A stretch of DNA of 64,000 nt from Patellaria atrata CBS 101060 (Eukaryota): positions 310,001 through 374,000 of the forward strand of contig MU006104.1 of the NCBI GenBank assembly GCA_010093705.1, given 5' to 3'. Of this stretch, positions 13,611-25,362 are shown piece after piece. The notes under the pieces are model-generated. The model was not told the DNA's origin and searched no databases. It worked only from the letters and a program-made list of their open reading frames with translations. The first letter of the stretch is position 1. The number at the start of each line of letters is the position of its first letter. The translations under genes were made by a program, and so were the position numbers.

Positions 13611-16063
13611 ATGGAGACGCAGAAATGCTACATCTACGCCCCCGACCCCAAACCAGATACCCCAGCGAGGAAAAAGCGGAAGCTTGAGCACAAGCTCGAG
13701 AACTCGTCATGGCCCTTGAGGGAAAGGATATACAGAGAGCTATGGACGGCGCAGGAACGGAAGATCGAGGTACCGCTTTCCACAAGTCCACCCTCCCGTA
13801 CGAAATAACCAAGTGCGTTGGCTAATTAACGAGGTGGTGTCGCACAGACCGTCATCGAGAATGCAAACCGCACCACCATCGATAACATCACCTCGTTCAT
13901 CCGCTCCCCTTCCCCGTCACCCGCTGCGAAGGGGAAAATACCGACCGCGCTCGTCATCGCGGGGCCGGGTCTCGCGTCTTATATCCCGTTTTTCAATAGG
14001 CTTGCGGATGCGGTTACCGCGCCTGGTGATGGTGGTGGGGGTGTCTTTGTTCTGCTCTCTTCGGCTGAGTGCCCGAATTTGAAGACCGCGCTTAAGGTTT
14101 TAATTCGCCGTGCTGTACAGGGCCAGGAGGGGGAGGAGGAGGGGGAGGAGGTCACGGTGGGGAGGGGGAGGAGTAGGAGGAAGTATTTGGATTTCGATTT
14201 GGGGATATTGGAGGAGTGGGTGCGGGAGAGGGAGGGGAAGGTTTTCGTGGCGGTGGGGGATAGTGAGGGGTTTGAGGGGGGTTTAGTAGGGGAGTTGGTT
14301 GAGATTTTGAGGTGAGTGGACTTCTTTGGTGGATGGTTTGGGGGGGGGTTTGAGGGGATGGGTGAGCGGTTGAGCGGTTGAGGCTAATAGGGTGTAGTTC
14401 CTGGATGGATCGTATACCGTTTGTGCTACTGTTCGGTATTGCGACTTCTGTTGAGAGCTTTCAGGAGAGGCTTACGGGCGCGACTATAAAGCGTCTGCAT
14501 GGGGAGAAGTTCGATGTCATTCAGGCGGATGAGCTCTTTGAACAGGTATTTAAATCTACGATTGAGTGTGGGGACGATGAGTGGGTGTTGCGCATCGGTT
14601 CTACACTTGCCGGTAGATTGTTGGACAGGCAGAAGGATCATATCCTAAGTGTTGAAGCATTCATAGATGCTTTGAAGGTAAGTTTGTTATACGTGTATTA
14701 TCTACATCAGAGTAAAGCTGATGATTACAGTACGCTTATATGTCACACTTCTTCGCGAATCCCTTAAGTATTTTGCTCCGCACAGCTCATCTCGAGCAAC
14801 AGGATGCGTCAAAACAGGAGGAGCCGTATTTCAAGGACATCCCTAAAGATCACTTCGAAGCCTTGCGTAACTTGCCCTCTTTTCGAAGGTAATACCCCTA
14901 GCTGTATCTATAAGCCTGGCGCAAACTGACGGTGACAGACACATAGAAGAGGGGGCATTTGGCGAATATGGTGACGAGAGCTTGCTAGAGCTTTTAGATG
15001 ACGACTCTGCGCTATTTACGTACGCGCAGAAAAAGATGCACAACGCCCAATATCAAATGAAGGAAATCATCAGGGGCATCGACATCCTGTTCGCCATCCG
15101 CAGCTGCATGCCAAAACTACCCCATGTCCCCCGCTCCGCACTCTACGTCAAAGCGGCCGCGGGCGAGCTCCGCGACTCTCCGCTCTTCCGCGAGCTGATG
15201 CTCTCCCTGAGGAGGATACCGTCCGACGTCCTCGAGCGCGTCCTCTCCACCCTGCACAAAATGGACTTCAAGCACGAGGACCTGTCCGTCTACATGGGCA
15301 GATTACATGCGAGACTCGTCGCGATGATGGAGCGGTCGCAGCACCCCTTGCGCAGCGAACACAACCTCCGCAACGAGACCTTGCGCACGACCGTCGTGGC
15401 GCAGAAGGTCGAGCTCAGCGTGCAGAAGGGCGCTCTGAGCAAGGAGGACCGCGAGTACTCCTTGCTCCTTGACGACTTCCTCGACCGCATGAAACGCCGT
15501 ATCGGTGATGTGTTTATCGATCCGCGGAATTTGTTTTTGCATGAGGTCTTTCTGTACGATTTGAAGAGCCCGCATGGCGAGGTCTTTACGCCCAGACCGC
15601 GGTTTGCGATCGAGCGAGCGCTGTCGAGTCCGCATGATTATTTGGGGTGTAGTTGTTGTGCGCCTGCTCGTGGACGGAAGGGGGAAGGGGATGAGGTGAG
15701 TTTGTTTTGTTGGGGACTTTTCTCGGCGGAGAGGCCAGGTTGCTAATATAGGGTTTAGCAGGCGTTATCCGTGACTCAGCCCCCGACTGCGATCTTGTAT
15801 CAGCTGTATCTGGAATCCGGGCCCTTGATCAATGTCAGTGATCTCTGGTCGGCTTTCAACGCTATCGTCAGCAGTGCGGATGACGATGAGGCGTTTGTGA
15901 TGTAAGTCCCCCCGGTGCGAGATTGCGGGTTGAGAAGACGTGACTGATGGCGAATAGGGCCATGTTCCAACGGGGGCTAGCGGAACTGAAATACCTGGGT
16001 ATGATCAAGGCGAGTAGGAAGAAGACGGACCATGTGGCCAAACTCGCTTGGAAGGGTCTATGA
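13611..16063 (+). CDS. ORC3: Origin recognition complex subunit 3, multi-exon
   Basis: METQKCYIY start; IPTALVIAGP; ECPNLKTALK; SWMDRIPFVLLFGIATSVESFQERL; YAYMSHFFANPLS; FTPRPRFAIERALSSPHDYLGCSCC; PPTAILYQLYLESGPLINVSDLW; ELKYLGMIKASRKKTDHVAKLAWKGL*. Confidence 0.95.
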
Positions 16064-16216
16064 ATGAATCGCCCTAAATAATATGAACACGACTGTAAAT
16101 AACGCCCCCCAATGCTCCTACCGCCAACCAAACCATATACAAAAACCCCCCAGCCTTATATCCCCTACATCCTAAATCCCCTATATCTTAAATCCCCTAT
16201 ATCCAGTCCACTACAC

Positions 16217-17139
16217 CTACGACGCCCGTGGCGTAACATCACACACCTCCCCACACCCCCCACAAGTCCTCAATCCCCGATCCCCCGCAAACGCCTCCAC
16301 GGCCTCCCTAATCTGACTCCCCAGATCCCGCATGTGAAACGCAGCCTCGTGCACGACGTCCCCGCACCCGCGACAGTACCAGCGCAGCCGATCCACCGAG
16401 TCGGCCGGCCGAGGCTGTTCGACGACTATGCCGACTGTGTTCGCGTACCGGATCGGGTTGTGCGGGATGTTGGGGGGCAGAAGGTAGAGCTCGGATTCGG
16501 CGATGGGGATGTCGTGGAAGGTTGGGGGGGAGCTGGGAGAGGAGGGAGGCTGCACAGTTTTGAGCAGCATAGACCCTCGGTATTGGTAGAAGAGTTCGGG
16601 GGTGCTGTTTATGTGGTAGTCGGTTCGGGCGTTGGGGCCGCCGACGATCTGTGGGGGTGTTAGGGGGTTCGTTGGGGGTATGGGGGATAGGGAGATGGGG
16701 GATAGGGGGATGTGGAGGAGGGGGTTTACCATCACTGTCATGTCGTCGTTTGTGACGCAGTAGTTGTTTATTGGTGGTTTGAGGAGGTGGGAGTTTGCTT
16801 CTAACCTGCGGTGGGAGTTAGTATCGATGAAGGTTGGGGCTTAGGGGGAAATATCGTCTGTCCTTGAGCAGATGAAAGTAACCGTCGAGTACGTCCCGTC
16901 GGAATTATGGAGATTGGAGGACACAGGGAAGAATAATACCATTTTGGGATGTTGAGAGGTTTACTTAGTCCTCTTCTTCGCGATGTGTCTGTGAAGGTTC
17001 GTCTCTGTGGTCTTATTGCTGCTGCTGCTGCTGCTTGAGACGCGGGAAGGAGTGAACGGTATGGTGGGGCGAGATGAGATGGGTTGCGCATGCGCCGGGT
17101 TGTATGCGTTACGAGAGGTTGGAAGCGTAGGGACGACAT
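16217..17139 (-). CDS. BNA1: 3-hydroxyanthranilate 3,4-dioxygenase with 57-aa N-terminal extension; exons 17139-16940, 16805-16730, 16648-16217 (235 aa)
   Basis: Spliced LNIPKW|LEANSHLLKPPINNYCV...MTVM|IVGGPNARTDYHINSTPELFYQYRGSM; PHNPIR; rubredoxin-like CRGC and CGGC pairs. Confidence 0.95.
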
Positions 17140-17368
17140 TTATGGTAAGAATATGGTTTGAATTAGTGAAATTTTATATTTGCAGTATAGGGTTTTCATC
17201 AAGTATAGTAGCGTCTGAATATCCTTCGAGAACTACACTCTTGGCAGATGAGGTCAGCTTGAACCCTTGCCGCATGCCGCAATGCATCTCATCCGACCTC
17301 CACCACTCTCTCGACTCCGCTATAGTACATCGTATCCCTCTCATCTGATCCCGACCAAGTTATTATAC

Positions 17369-17465
17369 TGAGCAGATTTGCGCTAGTTTAGATCTTGCCC
17401 AACCTCGAGCTATCTGCCTATATAGCCCACCACTCCCTCGAGCGCTTCCGTCCTCCGTTTGCGCA
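17369..17465. promoter_or_regulatory. Possible copper-response (Mac1/CuRE-like) elements upstream of the Ctr gene
   Basis: TGAGCAGA (17369-76) directly followed by TTTGCGCT (17377-84), and TTTGCGCA (17458-65), which matches the yeast TTTGC(T/G)C(A/G) consensus. Short motifs that could be chance. Confidence 0.3.
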
Positions 17466-17534
17466 ACTGGCCGAAGTGGACAGACTACATTCCACCCGAC
17501 ACCAAACATATACTACGAGAGAGATATCAGCAAA

Positions 17535-18500
17535 ATGGATCACGGCCACATGGACCACGGCGATATGGACATGGGCAACGGCGGACACCATCAGCCTATG
17601 TGCAGCATGAACGTACGATCTCCATTTCCTCTCCATAACCACGAGCATCCAATCCGCACACCTACCCTACCCCTTCCTTGCCATCCGGTTACGTGCTACT
17701 ATAGTTACAACATCGGACCAGCGTTAACGTATCCGTAGATGCTCTTCACCTGGAACACGGAGAACCTCTGCATCGTCTTCCGTCAGTGGCGGATTGATAG
17801 CACGCTCTCTTTGATCGTCTCGCTGCTGTTGATTGTGGCGCTGACGGCGGGGTATGAGCTTGTGAGGGAAGCGAGTAAGAGGTATGAGGCGCGGACGGTA
17901 CAGAAGGATGGATTGCGTAAGTTCGATTTTCTTATTCGGGAACTATATCATGTTCTTTGCAAATTAAGAGCTGCGAATCTTGCGAAGAGTGAACCGTTCA
18001 TTGCTCGGGGGAATAGACGGAAACAGATGTCCCATTTTTCGTCTTGTGATCTTGTCCATTAGCTACCTCCCCATCTGTTCCTAATGCTCTTTCTTCTTTT
18101 CTTACTCCAAATGCTGAAGATCATTCTTCCTCAGCAGCTCCCCAGCCCCAATCCTCGCACGAATCCAGCTCACTCCTCTGGGGCCCAGGGCGTCAAGGTA
18201 CCCAAGATGACCAGAAGACCAAGATGGTCAAAGCCGCATTCTACGCCGTACAGGTCTTCTATTCGTTCTTTATCATGTGAGTTCCCCTTTACTTTCCCTT
18301 AGCATGGAAACAAGACAGGATTAAAGACATCCTAGGTTTTAGACGGGATAGTGTTGATAACGGTGATGTTAATCGGACTGTTTAGGTTACTCTTCATGAC
18401 ATACAACGGCTTCGTTATGCTCGCCGTCGCAGTCGGTGCGTTCGTTGGGTATATGGCTTTTGCGAGTTCGTCGGCTACGAAGTCCGTAGCGTGTCATTGA
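17535..18500 (+). CDS. CTR2: Ctr-family copper transporter (Ctr2-like), 4 exons
   Basis: His/Met-rich MDHGHMDHGDMDM; MCSMN|MLFTWNTENLCIVFRQW; FYSFFIM|LLFMTYNG (MxxxM); GAFVG; C-terminal KSVACH*. Confidence 0.92.
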
Positions 18501-18641
18501 TCCGTTGATCGGAATTATGGTCTTCGGAACTTGGCGACAAATGATTGGATTTTTGGTATGGATATTTGCACGGTGTACGGGAAAGAGAGGGGTTGGGTGG
18601 ACGGGAGTTATAAAGGTCAGTGCACGTTAAATGAATGGACA

Positions 18642-19085
18642 TTAGTTGACGAATGTACGCTCGTTCGGGAATTTCACATTGCTACTGTCAAAGAAGCTCT
18701 GGATGTTCCCCCAACCGTACCAGGTTCGAGTACAGCTTAGGGGAGCTACGTACAGTGTGGAATTCAAACTCAGCCCTTTGACAGTATTGAGCTCCTTTTC
18801 TATGGTGAATAATACTTGCTCACTGTACGTCCTCTGTACAGAATACAGGTGTACTACCCTTCCCAACATACCTCGGGATGCCCTTAGACCGTCCGGGTTC
18901 AGCAAGGAAAGAACTCCTTCGTCAAAGGAGAAATACAATATCTCTCCAGCAAAGTATAAGCGATTCCCAATGAACACGACCTTGTAATCTAAGTCCTTCG
19001 GAGGCCAGATATCCACAATCGGCACTGAATAGCCAAGGAGTCGTTCAATTTCCATGTACATCCGAGGTAAGAGTACGCATATCAA
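18642..19085 (-). CDS. Hypothetical ORF, 147 aa, no recognised domain (possibly a gene fragment)
   Basis: Open frame with globular-like composition only; no motif recognised. Confidence 0.3.
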   Translation of the reverse strand: MICVLLPRMYMEIERLLGYSVPIVDIWPPKDLDYKVVFIGNRLYFAGEILYFSFDEGVLSLLNPDGLRASRGMLGRVVHLYSVQRTYSEQVLFTIEKELNTVKGLSLNSTLYVAPLSCTRTWYGWGNIQSFFDSSNVKFPNERTFVN

Positions 19086-19371
19086 GGAAGAGATGTATTA
19101 TACCCCATGCAAAAAAAAAAAATCTAACCACGAACGTCGTCAAGCAACTACATTTCCAGGTTCTCTGCTTCATTCAAGCATGAAGTAAAACTCATCCCCT
19201 TTGTCATATTCTAACATTTTCGATTTTTCGACGCTGTGGGTACATGTAGCAAGCTTTGCCATCAATTTTCAGAACATTGTATTCCAAAATCATATCTTCT
19301 AATTTGATCAGCATAAAGTAGAGCGTCAATTGCTGAACAAACGAAGCATACCTTCAGACCCTACCCCCATA

Positions 19372-20163
19372 CTACGACGGCGGTACGTACCCCACTCTAC
19401 CTCCCAACCGTGCTCTCAACTCCTCACACTGCCGTATCTTATTGTCCAGCGCGACATCCTTCCGCCTAAGCTCTTCAAACAACTGTTCCACATCCGCCCT
19501 CAACCCCGGATTCGCCGCAACCAGGGGCCTCATCCTCTCGATCTCCAATCTCTGTTCCTCCACCCGCTTCGGAAGATCCTGGCTACGTAGCTCCTCGAGC
19601 TCATCCTGGAGCCCCTCCTTCTCAACTTCCAGCCTCTGTATGTCGCGCCGGTGTCCGACGAGATGGTGCTCGAGCGCCTCAGTACGTGCACCCGCGCGAT
19701 CGAGATGGCTCCCGCGGTCGTCGAGCTCGGCTCTCATCTCGGTGGTGGTGCGGTCAGCTACCGCGAGCCTGTCCCTGAGATCCTTGATCTCATCGTGCTG
19801 GTCAGCGAACCTTGCGTCCTGCGCTTGGATCCGCTGGTCTTGCTGCGCGAGCGTCTCTTTCTGCGTCCGGATTTCCGTCTCCCGTTCTCTCAACGCCTGT
19901 TTGTGCTGTTCTTTGAGCTGATTGAGCGCGTCTTCCTGCTCCCGGATCTTGCGGTTGAGACTGTCGAGTTCTGCGGTTCGGGTTTTGAGACTCGCGATCG
20001 GGTCACCGAAGAGACGTTCGCGGGCGCCCGAGATGAGGGCGACGAGGCAGAGGCCGATGTAAATTCCTAGGCTCATCCAGAGGAGGTCCATTTGCCGTTG
20101 GTGGGACATTGGGTGGGTAGGGAAAGCCCGTGCTTCGAGTACATCTCCAGGTATGATGGCCAT
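19372..20163 (-). CDS. Hypothetical membrane-anchored coiled-coil protein
   Basis: One hydrophobic segment (LLWMSLGIYIGLCLVALISGA) followed by ~200 aa of E/R/L/Q-rich heptad-like sequence; strong coding-type GC3 bias. Confidence 0.7.
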   Translation of the reverse strand: MAIIPGDVLEARAFPTHPMSHQRQMDLLWMSLGIYIGLCLVALISGARERLFGDPIASLKTRTAELDSLNRKIREQEDALNQLKEQHKQALRERETEIRTQKETLAQQDQRIQAQDARFADQHDEIKDLRDRLAVADRTTTEMRAELDDRGSHLDRAGARTEALEHHLVGHRRDIQRLEVEKEGLQDELEELRSQDLPKRVEEQRLEIERMRPLVAANPGLRADVEQLFEELRRKDVALDNKIRQCEELRARLGGRVGYVPPS

Positions 20164-20522
20164 TTTGCGAAGCTGGCTGTAGACTTCGCAGGTGCCAGAA
20201 GAGGTTCGATCGGGGAGTCGAAGACTTCTCTTGCTCGCAGAGCCGCGAGGTGAGAGCTCGAGGTAGCCTGACGTACTGAATCGAGGTTGAACCCCGAGCT
20301 CAGTCTGATTGTAGAAGCGGGCGTCAGGCTATTTCAAGCACAGCCAATATATTCCACGCTGCAGCCTGTCATGTGTTGGCATCGTATCCTCTCCGATTGA
20401 TTGGTGAAGACCGCAACGCTGAAGCTACGACGGTGTGCAGAAAGCGCTCTAATGCATTGCCAAGACAAGGCTGAAAAAAGCCTCGACGAGAACGGCGCCA
20501 GGTTGGAGTTTGGAGGTTATGA

Positions 20523-21530
20523 GTGGGATTACTGATAAGCTTGATGTGTACCTTGGGAACTGTGTGTCAATGTTTTCTCGCGTTTTTCGAAAATTGCTCG
20601 GGTCATTGTTGTGTTGTATTATTGCAAAATTATAATCAAGACAAATTACTCGAATTACCAAACTCAACTTCCCAGCTCATGGACTCAGTTATTTCTGGAA
20701 CACCCAAAGCCCTACGTCCGTGGGACATTCGGGGTAAAGGCGTTTTGCTCAATGAATGTCAGAATGCGACGTCCGTCTCTCTGTGGTTTGTCACATACTG
20801 GGTATTCTCAGCGACCTGGGCTCTAATTTTCGGCTCAGACGACTTGATGAGATTGATATGTAAGAAGAGAAAGGTGGACAAGGACACTACAGATACCATG
20901 AAGTTTTGGAATATAGCTGGATCTTTGGTCTTTCGAATCACAACGGCGATAGTCACAGCAGTCATCCTAAGGAACGATTCAGTAAAGCCCAAGACTTCGC
21001 TTACACTATTGATAATATCATGGCTTCTCCAACCGGGACCAGGAGTCGCAGTGACACTCATCAGCTATATCTCGAGACACCAGTACGCTCGAAGTGCGAG
21101 ATATTTCCTCAACTATGAAATAGTCTTCGACTATCTCAAGGTTCTCGCATACGCATATTTGGTCCACCATACACGAAGTGTCGACTTGGAACTATTATTG
21201 TTGGACAAACGTCAGCTGAAGGGTTTCCGAGCAGTAAAATATGGAGCAATCGCCGGGCTTGTCGTATGGCTATTATCAGTTCTGGGTGGTCACGTCCTGT
21301 TTCTGGAAGCTAGTTTACGCTCGTCTCGAATCGTTATATCCATACCGAATATCATCCTCGGATTCACCATATGGATCGGAGCTATGCTCTGGGAACCGGA
21401 CCTCTTCTGTCCGAGCGATAAGGCCGTGAAGGATGTAACTGTGTGGTGGGCTATGTTCACTGTCGTGGAAAGCCTGTGGAGAATGTTATTTTTCGCGCCA
21501 AAAATTGGTAGAGCAGACCCCCGAAACTGA
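20523..21530 (+). CDS. Hypothetical multi-pass membrane protein (~6-7 TM); first in-frame ATG ~20544
   Basis: 335-codon ORF with repeated hydrophobic stretches and a W...IWIG...FCP C-terminal pattern. Confidence 0.65.
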   Translation: MGLLISLMCTLGTVCQCFLAFFENCSGHCCVVLLQNYNQDKLLELPNSTSQLMDSVISGTPKALRPWDIRGKGVLLNECQNATSVSLWFVTYWVFSATWALIFGSDDLMRLICKKRKVDKDTTDTMKFWNIAGSLVFRITTAIVTAVILRNDSVKPKTSLTLLIISWLLQPGPGVAVTLISYISRHQYARSARYFLNYEIVFDYLKVLAYAYLVHHTRSVDLELLLLDKRQLKGFRAVKYGAIAGLVVWLLSVLGGHVLFLEASLRSSRIVISIPNIILGFTIWIGAMLWEPDLFCPSDKAVKDVTVWWAMFTVVESLWRMLFFAPKIGRADPRN

Positions 21531-22135
21531 AAGGGAGATGGAAACGAATCGACCGGCGCCCAGTGTTCGAAGCACATAACATATGCACGTTTGATTCTTG
21601 AAGCAAGTCGTAGCTCATTGTAATATCACCTTGAAAGGTCTTGGACTGGATCTCCGTATGTGCTGAACAACTGGAACTATGAACAACTTCGGCAACTAGA
21701 TAACTTACCATGGACACATTGTGGACGCGTGGACATATTGTACAGTATACCCAACAGTCACTAGTTCATGTGATGGATAGCAAGCGTACAACAATCGGAT
21801 ATTGCCAACCGTATAGGGTGATAATAGAGAAAGGACGGAGTGTACTTGATTGTATGACCATCTAGTCGAGCACTTTGAGAATCGCTAGATTGGCCTTTTT
21901 TTCCTCCAAAATATAGGGTTGATGTAGTTGTATGTGGAAAGCAGCATATACCCAACACTTCAGTTATACCATTACTACTATAGAGTAGTAATGCGCAGTT
22001 CTCAAACAGTGGGTCAACACCTACATATTCACAGAACAGCCAGTAATGATGTTGATCATGTTGTCTGGAATCAATCGTTAGCCGTCCCAAGTCCGCACAC
22101 TCATCTGCTCTGCGAAATAAAATAGCATGATTCTC

Positions 22136-24056
22136 TCATACGGGCTCAAATTCTTGTATGTCTATACCTCTTCCTCGCAAAAAGTCGGGTGTGGTTCTTG
22201 GATCCCATGAGTTCCCGGTCTCTCGCTGGACTTTAAAACCCAAAGTCTCGTCAAATGCGTCTGGCTCCGGTATAGGGACCCTTGGGTCGTCAAACTGCAT
22301 TTTACCACTCTTGTGCTTGAATCCTGGGTACACGTATCCTCCAGGTCGGATCAGCTTCATAGAACAGTACTCGTCCGGTAACGGACCTAATATCGCTTCA
22401 GCGTTCATATAGCCGTCCACATAACAGGGCCAACGAGTTGAAACTGTTGACTACCGTCAACTGGCCTTAACATCCTCGGAGAGGGACAACCAAGGAAAAC
22501 AGATATCTGATCGCCCAATTTTCCCTGTGCTGGAACGGAGCCGAGGTGTCCATCTTCTGTACGGAATAAAACCCGATTCTTGCACATTGATCTAGCATTA
22601 ACTATGTACTTGAGAATCGAGAGTCTGGGTCATCTCAGACCTCGTTCCATGCTCTCTCTCCTCCAATGAAGCCTTTAGAATGTGGTGAGCATCATGATAA
22701 CTTGGATGATATATTGCTGCAGATGCCCACTGTTTCCTGATCAAATTCCATATCAAAGTCCTGCAATAAGCATCGACCAATAACCCCCCACTAGGATAAT
22801 TCTCCTTATGAGCATTCCTAGGAATAACCAAAACAAGGGCTATATGGTTTTCTTGCATAGAGGGATATGAGATATTCTGGTAGAAGACTCGTTCTTCGAC
22901 TTTGCGGATCGTCACGCCCATTATTTTTAGTCTTTAATGTTGCTGATATGAAGCATCTTGTCTTTCCTGAAGCATAATCTACGATTGGTACACTACACAA
23001 AGAAGGTTCAGACCAATTGGGGACCCATGTTGGCAGATTTGAATTAGCTAAAGAGAGGTCTGCATCAAGCAGCACATCCAGGTTCTTACAACGGTTGATG
23101 ATCTTAATAGCAGTCTCCGTGTACACCTCGCCGTCCGTTTTGGAGTACTCTGGTTCGATTTCTATCCTAGGGGCTCGCAGATAAAGGTACATAGTAGCGT
23201 AGATCCTATCTTTTCCCTCGGTGCATCTTGATTGTCTCATGCTGTTCAACAAAATCGGTAGAAAATCACTTGAATGGCCGTCACACAAGGACTGTATAAG
23301 AGCATTCCGGCCTTGAGTGATCTTGGAGCTTATTCTAAAGACGAACAGTTTGGACAGTGTAAAAGCTGCTGTGCGGAAGTCGTCCCATCATACGCACATT
23401 CTTCCGCAAACCAAGATAGCATGTTTCACCATCGTTATTTCCTGTCAAATCCAAACTCTTTCAAACCAAGGTCGATAATATAAATGCAGGACGGACGCCG
23501 AATCTCCCTCATCGATGGACTCACGATCTTGATCTGATATATCCACCACAACGGCATCTCCTGTTGTACTGATTTTGAAAATCACGTTATTCTCACAGTC
23601 TACACGAAACTGCATAATAACAATATTTAATAACTTCATGGCACGGACGCTATCATGTTCCTCATCTGCTTCTCCGAGCCACGCCACGACAAGCCTAGCT
23701 GATGAATAGATATCACGCATCCTTATGACTTGCTGACTTCTTTTGTCTAAGTCCTCTTGGTTTGTACATACTGCGTCTACCCACATGATAAAAGCTCCGT
23801 CAGGAGCTCGTAAATATCTTAAAGCGGTTGTGAGATTACCGGTTACAGAAAGCCTTTTGGGTACAATTTCGATGCTACTCGGACTGGCTGTTGAACCCCA
23901 CACGTACGATAACGCTAGATATTCAGGAACAGTGTCTTCGTTTAGGATCGTGGTATGTATCTTGACTTTGAGAGGATCGTCGACTTTTTCTGGCAATAAT
24001 TCCAACAATCTGATCTGGGTGGGGGGTTTGAGCGGAAGATACGTATAGGACAACAT
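22136..24056 (-). pseudogene. HET-domain (HET-6-like) heterokaryon incompatibility pseudogene
   Basis: YTYLPL...IRLLELLP, YLALSYVWG, VTGNLTTALRYLR, WVDAVCTNQEDLDKRSQQVIRMRDIY, PWFERVWI*QE, DRIYA, LPTWVPNWS, FRTEDGHLG, LVG-CYVDGYM. TGA stops at 23445-47 and 23388-90 and three frame changes (~22925, ~22590, ~22428). Confidence 0.9.
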
Positions 24057-25362
24057 GTTGACATTAATATCCCCTGCTGATTTGAAATCTTCGGGTCTTG
24101 TACAGTCGCGGGGGAAACGCTGGGAAACGCTGAGAAACTCACAATTCTGTAGTATCAACCAACGGCCAAGTCCACCTACGATTGAGCGGCATCTTGACGT
24201 TTTCGACTTTCTATACAAGAAATGGGAGATTACGTCGAGAGTGACCGCACAGTAGACGGAAAACGCCACGTGGGAGTAGAGCTAGTGCTGAAAGCCTAGT
24301 TCACCTAAGCAGGGGAGTTTACTTTAAGATAGACGGGATGATGGGATAGAAAGGGGCGCAGACGGTATACTGGAACGTATATTGGAATGTACAAAAGCCC
24401 ATCGACTGCGATGTGAAATTTAACGATTAAGTTTTGCTGCTTACTTTAGTCAACGAGGAGGAGACTTATGAAGACGAGAGGAGGGGCTGAGAAAGAAAAG
24501 AAAGCATCGTCGCTTTCCAGTGTAAGTAGCCAGCAATCTGAGGTGTCGGTAGGCCAGAGGTACCTTTGCTGCATCCCGTTGCACATAGTGTATAGTGTGA
24601 TCCTTGCCGCACGTCTTGAGCTTGGAGAGAATGTGGGATCTGCAATTGGTACAGCTCCAAACCCCCCTCTAAAATAAGAAAGCAATTTTAGAACTGCAGA
24701 TGTCCTGAAATGCTCTTGAGTGCCCGTATACTGCGGAATGTTAGCTGGCTATATTTGAATATTCTCATCTGTAGTACGTGTGACGGGTAAAATTTGTTGA
24801 GAGCAACAATGGTATAAAAGTTATACATAGCTTTTGAGAGCACATTGGAGTAAATAGAAGTACCGGGAGAAGGCCCAAGGCGCTCAGTGAAATGGGTAAC
24901 AAAAGGTTGTCTGCTATGACAAGAGACTCCGTAGGGAACACAGCGAGTTTTTAAAATCTCTCAAGAATCATGATGTTCCTCATATTCTTATGATTCTAGA
25001 CTATGTCTTTGGATTTTCCAAATTTGTCGTGTGGACGGCTGATCTCGAAGGGAAAGTTGTCGTAGGTGTTTCGATTCCACTGATCCTTAGCAAGCGGACT
25101 CTTTCCGTTGACCCTAAGGTAGAACTTAATTAGAGTGGCACGTGCATGATCTGATGTACAGACTGTCGAGAGAACTCCTAGTTGAACAATTTCGTCAATA
25201 ATGACAAAGTGGATAACGTTGTATTCTCGACTGAGAAAAGTCCCGAGGGAATGAGTCTATGTCTATGCTATATACAGTTCCTTTTTGCCCACCATGCACC
25301 CTTGATGCCTTTGAAAGACGCCGGTACGAGCACGGTGTTGTGCCGTTCGGTGTTACAATGAT

